64,000 nucleotides of DNA from an uncultured Candidatus Saccharibacteria bacterium (GCA_964605735.1 CAZSDS010000001.1:480126-544125); one strand, 5' to 3'; shown: positions 51,525 through 63,353, counted from the stretch's first letter. The notes: generated by a model not told the origin, from the sequence alone. A program made the numbers and translations.

Positions 51525-51818
51525 ATGCCCGGAGAAACATCAAAACTTAATGGAATGAAAGGTGGCCGGCCAAGCGGTAGCAAGGCAGCTCACACTCTTG
51601 AAGCGCAGACTCTTAGGCAATATCTAATAAGCCGAACGATTGAAGAGCATAAGCCCTTAGTTGAGGCTTTGATCCGGAAAGCAAAACGCGGAGATTTGGG
51701 TTCAATTAAAGAGGTTTTCGAAAGGGTGCTGGGCAAGGAGAAAGATCCAACCACACCGAAGATTATTGTCCAAACGCTTCAAAGAAGCATAGAGGAAGAC
51801 AGAGAAAAATACGCTTAA
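51525..51818 (+). CDS. terminase small subunit-like protein (DUF5681-like)
   Basis: NGMKGGRPSGS...AKRGD..IKEVFERVLGK. Confidence 0.55.
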   Translation: MPGETSKLNGMKGGRPSGSKAAHTLEAQTLRQYLISRTIEEHKPLVEALIRKAKRGDLGSIKEVFERVLGKEKDPTTPKIIVQTLQRSIEEDREKYA

Positions 51819-51899
51819 TTATATTCCCGAGGCACAAAAGTCCGTTATGGACTGGGTAGAACCAACGCCTCGGGACTACTCAGCCCTTAATGGATTTTT

Positions 51900-52040
51900 A
51901 TGTTATTGACCGAAGAAGCATTAAAAGAATTTGAAGAAATTTGGCATAAAGAAAACCCTGATCGCCTAATTTCTCCGGAAGAACTCTCAGTACTTGCTGA
52001 ACGAGTTTTGAATGCTTTTAAGGTTATTCTGTCGAAATAA
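51900..52040 (+). CDS. small helical protein (46 aa)
   Basis: MLLTEEALKEFEEIWHKENPDRLISPEEL...; below the ORF-track cutoff. Confidence 0.55.
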   Translation: MLLTEEALKEFEEIWHKENPDRLISPEELSVLAERVLNAFKVILSK

Positions 52041-52310
52041 TGACTATACAGGTTTGATGCGATATTCGCGCTAAACCTGTGGAGTTATTCCATAGTCGCA
52101 AGGGGCATACATGTAGTGCTGCAAAGACGACTTAAAAGATCTTGGCAAAGATTTACATGCTTCCGTATCCGCCACCTCGATATACTGTCTTCACATCAGA
52201 ACCTCAATGGAAACCTCATGCGCGAGCGCATAGGAAACATTAGGGGAAGAACAGGTAGAGAGGGAGAGGAAGGGAAGGGGTTGGGGTTAAGAGTTAATCC
52301 GGGGAGCGCT

Positions 52311-52484
52311 ATGTCGACAAATTTACAAAAGAGAGAAACGAAGCAAATTAGAATAGAAATCGGACTTCATCGTTCACTTAAAATAGCATCGGCTCAAAAC
52401 GGCAAAACAATGTCCAAGCTGCTTGATGAAATCTGTGAACAGTATTTTAAGCATGAAAACCTTAAACATGATAAAATTAAATAA
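52311..52484 (+). CDS. ribbon-helix-helix DNA-binding protein
   Basis: SD GGGAG; KQIRIEIGLHRSLKIASAQNGKTMSKLLDE. Confidence 0.65.
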   Translation: MSTNLQKRETKQIRIEIGLHRSLKIASAQNGKTMSKLLDEICEQYFKHENLKHDKIK

Positions 52485-52494
52485 ATAAAGACCC

Positions 52495-54251
<1,757 letters not shown>

Positions 54252-54261
<10 letters not shown>

Positions 54262-54494
54262 ACAATTGATTTCAAAAACTCTTTGCCGTATCCACTCTTG
54301 AGCCGTTTTTCATGAATACGGGCCTCGGCTCTGGTTTTATACACTTCTGTATAAAACAAGGTCCAGGGTCTATATCCTTTCGTTGAAAAAACTTGGCCTA
54401 GGTTATGTTCTCGCAATCTACGACCTACATTGGTAGTCATACCAACATAAATTCTTCCATGTGCTTCGCTTTTTAGAGCATAGACTATGTACAT
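54252..54494 (-). CDS. GIY-YIG nuclease
   Basis: MYIVYAL...IYVGMT...RRLREHN...EKRLKSG. Confidence 0.92.
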
Positions 54495-54512
54495 AAGAGA
54501 TTATTATACACT

Positions 54513-54586
54513 AGTCACTTGCTCCCTGCCTACCGGCAGGCAGGTACCGCTGAGCTATCTACCTGCCGGCAGACAGGCGCCCGAAC
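54513..54586 (-). pseudogene. duplicated tRNA-Asn 5' half interrupted by two 20-bp palindromes
   Basis: identical to 54230-54263 after removing 54525-54544 and 54558-54577. Confidence 0.85.
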
Positions 54587-54697
54587 GATTATTTACGAGC
54601 CATATTCACTGCCAGATTAGCATCTGACAACAGACAAATATTAACAAATATTTGCCGATTTATCAAGGGCCCGCTTTTAGCGGGCCCTGACCAGTCC

Positions 54698-55981
54698 TTA
54701 GTAATCTCTCAATTTGCTGATATTGTAGTGTTCTTTGATTTTTTCCAAGGCCTTGGCTTCAATCTGTCGGATACGTTCCCTGGTAACCCCGAACTCCTTG
54801 CCGACTTCTTCCAAGGTGTGTGTTACGCCATCTTCCAAACCAAATCGCATCTTCAAAATTTTCTGCTCACGAGGATCAAGATCCTGCATAATCCCCTGGA
54901 CATATTCGCGCAGCAATTGTCTCCCCGCAGTTTCAGAAGGAGTTACAGAATCCTGGTCTTCAATGAAGTCACCAAGGTAAGAATCTTCTTCATCCCTGTC
55001 CCCAACCGGCGTATCAATGGACACGGTTTCCTGGGAGATTTTCTTCAACTGGTAAACTTTCTCAACCTCAATCCCCATCTCAGCGGCAATTTCTTCCGGT
55101 AATGGTTCGCGTCCCAAATCCTGCACCAATTGGCGTTCAGCCTGCGCATACTTGTTCAAAGTTTCAACCATGTGCACCGGAATACGGATGGTTCGGGACT
55201 GGTCAGCCAAAGCTCGGGTAATCGCTTGCCTGATCCACCAGGTTGCGTAAGTGGAAAACTTAAAGCCTTTGCGCCAGTCGAATTTTTCTACCGCACGGAA
55301 CAAACCCAGGTTTCCTTCTTGAATCAAGTCCAGAAGACCTAAGTTTCGTCCCATATACTTCTTAGCAATGGACACAACCAGACGAAGGTTCGCTTCAATC
55401 AGCCTTTTGCGAGCAGTGACATCTCCCTTAACTATGCGCTTTGCAAGTTCAATTTCTTCAGCACCTTTAAGAAGCGGCGTCTTACCAATCTCACGCAAAT
55501 ACATCTGAATAGAGTCGTCGTAAATATCACCCAAGTCATAAGACTCGGCAATCTGTTCCTCTTTCTTGGTCTTCACGCGCGCTGATTCCTGCGCCTGCTG
55601 CCAAACCGAAGCCATTTCCGCTTCCACCACTTCCAAACCTTTTGCATCAAGCTGGTCCAGCAACTGCTCCAAAGCCGGAATATCTTCCTCCAGCTCAGGC
55701 ATTGCGTGCAGAATTTCAGACTCAGTCAAAAAGCCGCGGGCAACCCCCCGGTCAACCAGGGACTTTATCACCTGTTCGCGGTCCTTTCTTTCCTTTGGCG
55801 CTTCCTTGACGGAACTATGGAGCGCTTTGGATGCTGCCTTGCTTGCAGATTTTGATTTATGTGCAGACTTGCTGGCCGTCTTCTTGCTGTTTTTCTTCTG
55901 AACCGGCTTTTTGCCTGCTGGCTTTTTTTGTTTTTTACCGCTCTTGGCGGACTTCTTATTAGCCATTAAAATTATCCTCAA
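54698..55981 (-). CDS. rpoD: RNA polymerase primary sigma factor
   Basis: [36 protein letters not shown]. Confidence 0.96.
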   Translation of the reverse strand: MRIILMANKKSAKSGKKQKKPAGKKPVQKKNSKKTASKSAHKSKSASKAASKALHSSVKEAPKERKDREQVIKSLVDRGVARGFLTESEILHAMPELEEDIPALEQLLDQLDAKGLEVVEAEMASVWQQAQESARVKTKKEEQIAESYDLGDIYDDSIQMYLREIGKTPLLKGAEEIELAKRIVKGDVTARKRLIEANLRLVVSIAKKYMGRNLGLLDLIQEGNLGLFRAVEKFDWRKGFKFSTYATWWIRQAITRALADQSRTIRIPVHMVETLNKYAQAERQLVQDLGREPLPEEIAAEMGIEVEKVYQLKKISQETVSIDTPVGDRDEEDSYLGDFIEDQDSVTPSETAGRQLLREYVQGIMQDLDPREQKILKMRFGLEDGVTHTLEEVGKEFGVTRERIRQIEAKALEKIKEHYNISKLRDY

Positions 55982-56020
55982 TTAAATGATTGATGAAATA
56001 CGAACCAGCCAGTGACAAAA

Positions 56021-57790
56021 CTAGCCTTGGTCGTAAAGTCGCACTTCTTGCGTAAGTTTTGAAAACTCTGCTGAAAGTTTTAGGAGAGCTTCTTTGTCGT
56101 GAGCACGCTCCGCAGCTTTTAGCTGTTCGGTGATGCTTTGCATCCGCTCTTTGATGACGACTTTCTTAAGCTCCGCCTTAACACGCAGCAGCTCTGTCTC
56201 CGGCTTCCAATTCTGTTCCTTTCCCTCCTCTGTTGCCGCAAACAGTAGCAATTCAATTTTCCCCGCCAGTTCCGGATGGGACTTTTCCACATCCTTGGCA
56301 CTAACAAAACCGCGCTCTAAGAGCAGGCGGTAAATTGGGCGGTTATTCTCTGAGAAATCTTGCTCCCCAAAATCCTTCAAATGGCCTATATTCTTGGCCG
56401 CAAGGCTTAAGCCTAGTAATTGATCTTCCAGGATCTCGCGCCGGTTTTTGCGTATTTCTGGGCCTTTTTGGGGCTTTACCGGCTTTGGGAGACTTAACCT
56501 ATTTATTATATCCCAAATCGCCTGTTCTGCAACATCTATCCCATTACTTAACTTACGAACAAAATGCCCGCGGGTAACAGGATCTGACATACGCAGGATC
56601 AGCGGCGCCAGCTCTTTGGTGACCTGTCTCTTAACTTCCACATTCGAAACATCAGCGTTTCGCAAGGTTACGTCAAAGAAAAACTCCGCGAAATTAGGCG
56701 CCGTGTCCACTGCCTTGCGCCACAACCCGATTCCTTTCTTTATCAGTTCATCTGGGTCTTTCGCCCCTTTCATGTCTGCAATCTTTACATTAAAGCCCAG
56801 GTTCAATGCTTCCTCCAGTGCGCGCCTGGTGGCGGTCATACCCGCGGAATCAGTATCAAAAGCAAAAATAAGATTTTCAGTGAAACGCTGAAGGGCCCTC
56901 ATCTGGTCAGACCCAAGCGCTGTTCCGGAAGATGCCACTGTCTGGTTGAATCCTGCCTGATGGGCGGATATCACATCCATATTCCCCTCCACCAACACGG
57001 CCCTGTTCTCTTTTCTGATTTGGTTCTTGGCCTGAAACAGCCCAAACAGTTCCCTGCTCTTGTGGTAAATTGGCGTTTCCGGAGTGTTCACGTATTTGGC
57101 AGTATCTTTTTTATCTTTTAAGATGCGGCCGGTAAACCCAACCACTTGCCCATGGATATTCAAAATCGGGAACATGACTCGCCCCCTGAACCGGTCAAAA
57201 AACTTGTCCTGCTCATTGCGCGGTTCATCTTTTTTGACTATCAATCCAGCCAGAACAATGTCTTCTTTTGGAAAATATTTGCCCAAAAAAGTTTCCAAAA
57301 CATGAAAGTCGTCAGGCGCAAACCCTAGTTGCCAGTTTCTGATTGTCTGGTCAGTCAAACCGCGCCCTCTTAAATACAAAAGCGCTTCATTCCCCGCCCT
57401 GCTCTCCCACAACACTTTGCTGAAAAATTTGGCTGCTGCAGTGTTAATGTCATAAAGCGTATGCTTTTTTTCAGTGGTCTTGATTTCTTCCTGTGTTGGT
57501 TTACGCAACTCAATCCCCGCCCGGTCTGCAAGAATTTTCAGCGCTTCCGCAAACTCCACATTTTCAGCCAGTTTGATGAACTCAAAAATATCCCCGCCCA
57601 AGCCGCAGCCAAAACAGTGCCAAATCTGCTTGCTCGGCGACACCATCAAAGACGGTGTCTTTTCATTATGGAAAGGACACACGGCTTTCAGATTGGTCCC
57701 GGCCTTTTTCATCTGAATATAGTCGGCCAATACATCAGTAATCGGCAACCGGTCTTTAATCTGCTGAATTGGACTGTCGAATGTAGCCAT
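56021..57790 (-). CDS. dnaG: DNA primase
   Basis: CPFHNEKTPS, KYVNTPET, EGNMD, FDTD. Confidence 0.97.
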   Translation of the reverse strand: MATFDSPIQQIKDRLPITDVLADYIQMKKAGTNLKAVCPFHNEKTPSLMVSPSKQIWHCFGCGLGGDIFEFIKLAENVEFAEALKILADRAGIELRKPTQEEIKTTEKKHTLYDINTAAAKFFSKVLWESRAGNEALLYLRGRGLTDQTIRNWQLGFAPDDFHVLETFLGKYFPKEDIVLAGLIVKKDEPRNEQDKFFDRFRGRVMFPILNIHGQVVGFTGRILKDKKDTAKYVNTPETPIYHKSRELFGLFQAKNQIRKENRAVLVEGNMDVISAHQAGFNQTVASSGTALGSDQMRALQRFTENLIFAFDTDSAGMTATRRALEEALNLGFNVKIADMKGAKDPDELIKKGIGLWRKAVDTAPNFAEFFFDVTLRNADVSNVEVKRQVTKELAPLILRMSDPVTRGHFVRKLSNGIDVAEQAIWDIINRLSLPKPVKPQKGPEIRKNRREILEDQLLGLSLAAKNIGHLKDFGEQDFSENNRPIYRLLLERGFVSAKDVEKSHPELAGKIELLLFAATEEGKEQNWKPETELLRVKAELKKVVIKERMQSITEQLKAAERAHDKEALLKLSAEFSKLTQEVRLYDQG

Positions 57791-57791
57791 C

Positions 57792-58265
57792 CTAAATTAG
57801 CGCTTGTTTAGCTTTTTTAAGCATCTCTTTATCCCCATTATACTTCAACTTTTTGGCGGCTTCATCCAGCTCAAACCAGACAGCTTCCGCAACCTCATTG
57901 TCATGGTTTGCCGTGTCCCCGCTGACATATTCCATCAGGTAAAAATGCACAGTCTTGGCAATCCTCTGACCCTGCCAGGTAAAGAAATAATTGGATTCGC
58001 CAAGCTTGCCAATAACGCTGGCGCTGACCCCGGTTTCCTCACGCACTTCTCTCAGGGCTGCCTGTTCGTAAGATTCAGTCCCGTGATCACCCACCAAACC
58101 TTTTGGAAAGGTCCAGGCAGGTACAAACGAGCTGTCTTTAAACTCTTTTCTCTTCATTGGCATTATCAATAAAACAAAAACCCGCCCGTCTTGTTTTTTG
58201 TAAACAATGCCGCCAGCGGACACTTCCCTGCTCGTTCTCTTGCGTTGTTGCAGTCTTTCGTTCAT
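57792..58265 (-). CDS. NUDIX hydrolase
   Basis: PKG...AALREVREETG. Confidence 0.92.
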   Translation of the reverse strand: MNERLQQRKRTSREVSAGGIVYKKQDGRVFVLLIMPMKRKEFKDSSFVPAWTFPKGLVGDHGTESYEQAALREVREETGVSASVIGKLGESNYFFTWQGQRIAKTVHFYLMEYVSGDTANHDNEVAEAVWFELDEAAKKLKYNGDKEMLKKAKQALI

Positions 58266-58321
58266 TCATTCTCCCGAATATGTTCAGAGGTTTGCCTACC
58301 AATTAATGATATGCAAACCTC

Positions 58322-58409
58322 TGGCGGAGAGGGGGGGATTCGAACCCCCGATACCTTGCGGTAAACTCGCTTTCCAAGCGAGCGCACTAGGCCACTATGC
58401 GACCTCTCC
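58322..58409 (-). tRNA. tRNA-Ser(GGA)
   Basis: cloverleaf with long variable arm, anticodon loop TTGGAAA, CCA end. Confidence 0.95.
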
Positions 58410-58568
58410 AAAGCCCCTATTTCCTGCGATAAATTAGTTATCCATCAGGCGGTTAGCCGCCTTATTATACCTAAAATCACTGTTTTTATCAAACCTTATA
58501 TACCCTGCTGTTGAAGCGGGCAAACCATGCCTTGCTATTTGTTTGATTAAGTCCTTGTTATAATTAAA

Positions 58569-59090
58569 TTGATGAGGAAATCCAAGGCTTTTACGTTAAT
58601 CGAACTGCTGGTGGTGATAGCGATCATTGGCCTGATTTCAAGCGTAGCGTTGGTCGCTATGAACAAATCCAGAGATAAAGCAAAAATTGCCAGAGCCAGA
58701 CATGACTTGAGGCAAATTTTGAATGCAATCTCAATGTTGTCTTTCGATACCGGGAAATGGCCAAATGGATGCCCTCCGGAAACGCTGGGAGGACCTGAAA
58801 CCTATCTGGACAGCCAATGGGCTGGGCTGGTTTCCGCACCAACGATTGGCTTTGACAACAGTTTCAGCACCAATGCCGGCGGATGCGGCTGGGTGGCCAT
58901 GGACCAGACAAACTGGAAGGGTCCTTATCTGGCCTCTGCAACCGACCCCTGGGGGCACGCTTACTTTTATGACCCTGATTTTCATGATGTTGGAGGGGTT
59001 TTGCGGGTCGTTGTGCAGTCATTCGGACCTAACGGCGTGCAAAACTACTTTACAGGGTCCTCGGATGATATAGTTTCAATAATCAGATAA
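58569..59090 (+). CDS. type IV pilin / GspG-like prepilin
   Basis: AFTLIELLVVIAIIG; WKGPYL...DPWG. Confidence 0.9.
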   Translation: MMRKSKAFTLIELLVVIAIIGLISSVALVAMNKSRDKAKIARARHDLRQILNAISMLSFDTGKWPNGCPPETLGGPETYLDSQWAGLVSAPTIGFDNSFSTNAGGCGWVAMDQTNWKGPYLASATDPWGHAYFYDPDFHDVGGVLRVVVQSFGPNGVQNYFTGSSDDIVSIIR

Positions 59091-59116
59091 TCTTTTTTTG
59101 CGCCAAGCAGTATCGC

Positions 59117-60166
59117 TTAAAAAACGCGAGTCTTGGTTTTTTTCAACGCTGACTTTCTCGCTTTCATCCACTTACTCCAGTCTATTTTCGCCTTTTCAGC
59201 TACCTCAATAATTCGTTTCATTGTTTCAACCGTTTTGACCGGGTATTTGCCGTTGGCGGTTTCACCGGACAGCATCACAGCGTCAGCCTGATCCAATACG
59301 GCATTCGCCACATCCGACATCTCTGCCCGGGTTGGCCGCGGGTTATTGGTCATGCTTTCCAGCATTTGTGTGGCTACGATCACCGGCACGTCATATTCAT
59401 GGCAAAGCCTGGTGATCATTTTTTGGTGCAAAGGCACAAGTTCCATATCCAAATTAAGCGCCAGATCGCCGCGTGCGATCATGATGCAGTCAGCTTCATT
59501 GATAATGGATTTGATATTGGCAACCGCCTCGACCGTTTCTATTTTAGCCACTATAAACTGGTCCGGGTTGCCCAGGCGCTTGCAGTGCTCGCGCAGATCT
59601 TTTATGTCTTTGGCGGTTTTGATGAACGAAATCGCAACGCCATCCACCCCCTGCTGGATGCCAAACTCCAAATCCTTCAAATCCTTCTCAGACAGTGACG
59701 GGAGATCAACTTTAATTCCAGGCAGGCTTACGCCTTTTCTTGGCTTAACTTTTCCGGGAACAACCACACGGCATTCTGCAAAATCTTTTCCAACCTTCTG
59801 CGCTACCACTTCCACCGCACCGTCGTCTATCAAAATCACCTGTCCGGCTTTGATCCACTGCCAAATTGGCTTTTCTACAGGCAGCCCTTTTGCGCCAAAA
59901 CGGATTTTGCCGCTTTCCTTTGCTTCAAATTCCTCAAAATCACCCAGGCGCAATTTAGGCCCGCAAAGATCCTGAATTATTTTTACCTTTTGCTTCAACT
60001 TCTTTTCAAGTTTTCGGATATTCTGAATGCGCTTCCCGTGCTCTTCATGGCTGCCATGGGAAAAATTCAGGCGCGCGGCAAACAAACCAGCTTTTACCAG
60101 AGCTTCCAGTGTTTTTGGATTTTCTGATGCAGGACCGATTGTCGCCAAAATCTTCGTGTGATTCAT
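59117..60166 (-). CDS. pyk: pyruvate kinase (lacking C-terminal domain)
   Basis: TKILATIGPAS, RLNFSHG, MIARGDL, ATQMLESM, MLSGETA. Confidence 0.95.
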   Translation of the reverse strand: MNHTKILATIGPASENPKTLEALVKAGLFAARLNFSHGSHEEHGKRIQNIRKLEKKLKQKVKIIQDLCGPKLRLGDFEEFEAKESGKIRFGAKGLPVEKPIWQWIKAGQVILIDDGAVEVVAQKVGKDFAECRVVVPGKVKPRKGVSLPGIKVDLPSLSEKDLKDLEFGIQQGVDGVAISFIKTAKDIKDLREHCKRLGNPDQFIVAKIETVEAVANIKSIINEADCIMIARGDLALNLDMELVPLHQKMITRLCHEYDVPVIVATQMLESMTNNPRPTRAEMSDVANAVLDQADAVMLSGETANGKYPVKTVETMKRIIEVAEKAKIDWSKWMKARKSALKKTKTRVF

Positions 60167-60434
60167 ATTTTTTAAGGGTAAATTTTAGACAAAAATTAAA
60201 TGCCATTCGGAAACGAATGACAGATTGAATAAATCAAAAATACACTCGAACTTAGAAATTGTAGCAGAAAATTGCGCTCAGAACAAGCCTGCCTGTTTTT
60301 GGCGCTTCAGCACACTGATGCCAATTATTCCAATCCCTTTTTATCCGCCCAAATACCAATATTCCCAGGAGTTAAATCCTGGGAACAGGCGCGGGAATAC
60401 CGCGAATGAATTTGCAGATCAGCGATTATTCTCA

Positions 60435-60773
60435 TTATGCGGCCACGGACCACTCATCTTCTTCGTCTTCGTCCTCATCTTCTGCGGCGGAGTCCTTAAG
60501 GTAGGCGCTTAAAACTTCCGCTTGTTCATCTTCATCGCCCATTGTATCCGTTAGCTGGTTATCAAGGTTCCTGATTTCCTTTAATATGGCTTCCGTATTC
60601 TTGCCTTTATTGATCTTTTTGATAACCCTGCTCATCAACGATGCATTTTCGCTGGTTGACCATGATTCTTCAAAAGTTTCTAATTCTTCCTTCACTTCCG
60701 GATTTTGCTCTACTTCATTTTCGCTTTCCGGGTCAAAGTATCCTTCGCCAAAGCGGCTGCCGTATTCGTTCAT
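60435..60773 (-). CDS. acidic hypothetical protein
   Basis: 112-aa ORF with upstream TTGACA promoter. Confidence 0.6.
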   Translation of the reverse strand: MNEYGSRFGEGYFDPESENEVEQNPEVKEELETFEESWSTSENASLMSRVIKKINKGKNTEAILKEIRNLDNQLTDTMGDEDEQAEVLSAYLKDSAAEDEDEDEEDEWSVAA

Positions 60774-60896
60774 AATTTTATTTCTAAAAAGCCTTTTTAA
60801 TCAACAATACTGAGTTTACAACTGCTTATTAAAATTGTCAACATTTTCCGAAAAAGCAAACTAAACAATTTGAGGCAAATAAAAAAAGCTTACCAA

Positions 60897-61298
60897 TTAG
60901 TGGTGTTGGTAAGCCTTCTTGGGCTGTTCAGCCTCAAGTTTGTCGATCAGTTCCTGAATACCCTCTTCAGTCGATTGAGGGTCCTCCTCGATGAAGTCGA
61001 CGTCTGTGACCAGTTCGCAGGGTTTCATCCGCTCCGGGTCGCCCAATCCGGTGAATTTGACCATGATCACGTTGGTTTCGAAATCATGCCCCGGAGAGAC
61101 AAACCCCACGATGCGTCCGAACTTTCCTGCACCAATGTGTCCCGGCGCCAGTTTGTTCGAAAGCACCGCCTCCCCCAGCGTCAGCTCCTTGAAAGCTTCG
61201 CCGTCTCCGCACAACAACCACATTGCAACAACAGTGCTCAGATGGTTGTACAACAGGACAAATTCGCCGTACTCCTCCACTCGGTTTATTGGACCCAT
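60897..61298 (-). CDS. hypothetical protein
   Basis: SD GAGGTGG; terminator-like hairpin at the stop. Confidence 0.6.
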   Translation of the reverse strand: MGPINRVEEYGEFVLLYNHLSTVVAMWLLCGDGEAFKELTLGEAVLSNKLAPGHIGAGKFGRIVGFVSPGHDFETNVIMVKFTGLGDPERMKPCELVTDVDFIEEDPQSTEEGIQELIDKLEAEQPKKAYQHH

Positions 61299-61511
61299 AT
61301 ACCACCTCTTCTGGTATGGGTAAATGATAGCTTTAATTGCTTTTACAGTAAAGCGGAAGCAACCCGAAGGGTCTCAAATAAAAAATGCAAAAAAAAAGAC
61401 CGCGCGCAGTCAGTCAACTTAAACTCATAGAGCCACGCACAGTCTGCGGAACGCTTCAGCTTCTAGCTGATTAGATATTTCGTCAAAAGCCAAGTCAAAT
61501 CAAAGCTCGGC

Positions 61512-61748
61512 TTAAGGGTCATACGGCACCCTATTTTTCTCCGCCGCCTTAATTATCCAATTTTCCATCCGTTCAGTTCGGGTATTTATAATGGTAACTT
61601 CTTTGCCTATTTTGTCAGTGTTTTTTGCTATTGCATCTAAACTATTCAGGATTTGATTCATATTATCCTTTGTTGCCATTTTCTCTTCAATGGCTCCAAG
61701 CCGAGCATCGTGTTCTATTAACTTTTTAGAGATTTCTTTATAGCCCAT
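61512..61748 (-). CDS. small coiled-coil protein
   Basis: heptad pattern; ENW...AEK tail shared with 62894-63130; promoter TTGACC-17-TAAAAT. Confidence 0.65.
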   Translation of the reverse strand: MGYKEISKKLIEHDARLGAIEEKMATKDNMNQILNSLDAIAKNTDKIGKEVTIINTRTERMENWIIKAAEKNRVPYDP

Positions 61749-61943
61749 GGATTTTGAATTAATGTAGATAACATTTTAAATCCGTATTAAGCCCAGGTCA
61801 ACAGCTCCCTTGTGGATAAAATATGATAAATCATATTTGCTTCGCTCGCTCATATTGGATGAAATGTAAACAATTTGATCAGTTCGCTCGCTTGCAAATA
61901 AAAAAGCCGCGAAAGCGCAGCCTTGGTTATCGATGAAACTTTG

Positions 61944-62282
61944 TTAGGCGTAAAGATTGTCACGCACCAGTTTAGACACCCTTATAAGCTCTGAAACCAG
62001 GTGCCTGTTGCGGTTCAGCAGACGTGCCGCTTCCAGTGTGCTAACGGAGGTTATCCTCAAGTCAGCCGTCAAGGTAACCTGCATCCTCGACATTGAGTGG
62101 CCTCCGTCGGACAATTCGAGTATTTCCTTGCGCTTGTCAGCAGACTGGTACACGGAGTCAAAAACCCCATAAACAGACTCCCTTGTCCCAACTCGGGAGA
62201 CCTTCAGCAAAGTCACGCCTCTCCTTGGCCGCAGCCGTTTCAGTTGCATCCTAACCCGTGATACATCGCTCAACCTAGCCAT
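61944..62282 (-). CDS. hypothetical protein
   Basis: SD GAGGAGG, own promoter and terminator. Confidence 0.65.
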   Translation of the reverse strand: MARLSDVSRVRMQLKRLRPRRGVTLLKVSRVGTRESVYGVFDSVYQSADKRKEILELSDGGHSMSRMQVTLTADLRITSVSTLEAARLLNRNRHLVSELIRVSKLVRDNLYA

Positions 62283-62305
62283 TTAATATCCTCCTCTGAT
62301 TACTC

Positions 62306-62344
62306 AAAGTAACAAATACCCAAGCATTAGTCAATGCTTGGGTA
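62306..62344 (-). promoter_or_regulatory. repeated palindromic promoter, copy A
   Basis: TACCCAAGCATT-GACT-AATGCTTGGGTA; TTGACT-17-TACTTT. Confidence 0.7.
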
Positions 62345-62369
62345 AATAAAAAAGACCGCAATTTGCGAT

Positions 62370-62645
62370 CTACTGACTCAAAAACCTTTCGCCTTCTTCT
62401 GTCACTTCGATGCGACACCAAGATCCAGTTTCGTCCTTGTACGCGCTGATGGTAATAAACCCCCGACCCACAGCTTCCATCAGCGTCATGAAGATGACAC
62501 CTGCATCACTGTAATGCGGAGTGTAGGTAAATGGACAACCAGTGATACCTGCATCGCTTTGGGACTTCAAGCTCCTTAATAAGTCTTTCAATGCCTATGG
62601 GCGTTCACGATTGTGCTCCAAAGAGTGTCCGGTATAAAACCTCAT
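62370..62645 (-). pseudogene. small wHTH-like protein with in-frame TAG at codon 17
   Basis: SD AAGGAGG + ATG at 62645, TAG at 62595-62597, frame continues to IEVTEEGERFL. Confidence 0.55.
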
Positions 62646-62665
62646 TTGTGCCCTCCTTGGCTTTG

Positions 62666-62701
62666 AAAATAACAAAAAACCAAGCGTCAGTCAACGCTTA
62701 G
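62666..62701 (-). promoter_or_regulatory. repeated palindromic promoter, copy B
   Basis: TAAGCGTTGACTGACGCTTGG; TTGACT-17-TATTTT. Confidence 0.7.
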
Positions 62702-62897
62702 TTTTTGCATACTTTGTTTTCAGAGGTTCTAAAGGATCACTTTTGACCAAATTGTGTTTAATTAAGAAATTGATAACTGGTGCACCGCAAGTTTCACAAA
62801 GCTCTGTACGACTGTACCAACCAATCGAGGCGTTTACGGTCTTAGAGTTTTCAGTTATAACCTTTTTGCATATGTCGCATTTTTTGATATTCATCAC
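62691..62897 (-). CDS. small zinc-finger protein
   Basis: CDIC...LCETC. Confidence 0.7.
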   Translation of the reverse strand: MMNIKKCDICKKVITENSKTVNASIGWYSRTELCETCGAPVINFLIKHNLVKSDPLEPLKTKYAKTKR

Positions 62898-63130
62898 TGC
62901 TTGAATTTAATGCCAATTTTTTCAGCTGACTGCTTAGCCCAATTTTCTATATTATTGAGTCGAGAATTTGCAATTTTTAACTCTTTCGTGGTGTTAAATG
63001 TGGTGATTGCAATTTTATCAACAGAGCTTTGCAAAACAGAAAAGCTATTTTGCATTTCATCTAATCTTTCATTGACACCGCCAAATTCGTCTTTTAAATA
63101 CTTCATGAGTGCGGTAAGATTATATTTCAT
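62894..63130 (-). CDS. small coiled-coil protein
   Basis: paralog of 61512-61748. Confidence 0.65.
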   Translation of the reverse strand: MKYNLTALMKYLKDEFGGVNERLDEMQNSFSVLQSSVDKIAITTFNTTKELKIANSRLNNIENWAKQSAEKIGIKFKQ

Positions 63131-63184
63131 AAATTTTTGTTAATGGATTTTAATCATAAATCTAGTATTTGAGATCGTCAATCC

Positions 63185-63325
63185 CTAGCTTGTGGACAAA
63201 AAAGACCGCGCACGGCGCAGTCTAGCATAGGCCACATAAACAATGCCTACTAACCACAGAACCACACCGAGTATTGCACCCCACCTTGCACCACGAATTG
63301 CATCTGGGTTAGTGTCGTCTCACAT
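63185..63325 (-). pseudogene. small single-TM peptide with TGA at codon 2
   Basis: SD AAGGAGGT, ATG TGA GAC..., frame continues GAILGVVLWLVGIVYVAY. Confidence 0.45.
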
Positions 63326-63353
63326 AACACCTCCTTAATTTTGGTGATATTCA

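Noticed and set aside
52116-52310. N-terminal extension of the 122-aa ORF
   Set aside because: Low-complexity purine-rich translation; the SD and RHH domain point to the ATG at 52311.
59117-60166. Short pyruvate kinase as a pseudogene
   Set aside because: All catalytic motifs are intact and the ORF ends cleanly; only the regulatory C domain is absent.
61811-61819. Perfect DnaA box TTATCCACA (variant at 63191) as an oriC sign
   Set aside because: Isolated copies with no cluster and no dnaA/dnaN nearby.
62370-63325. Alternative genetic code (TGA or TAG recoding)
   Set aside because: Long conserved genes in the window are uninterrupted under code 11 and use both TGA and TAG as terminal stops.
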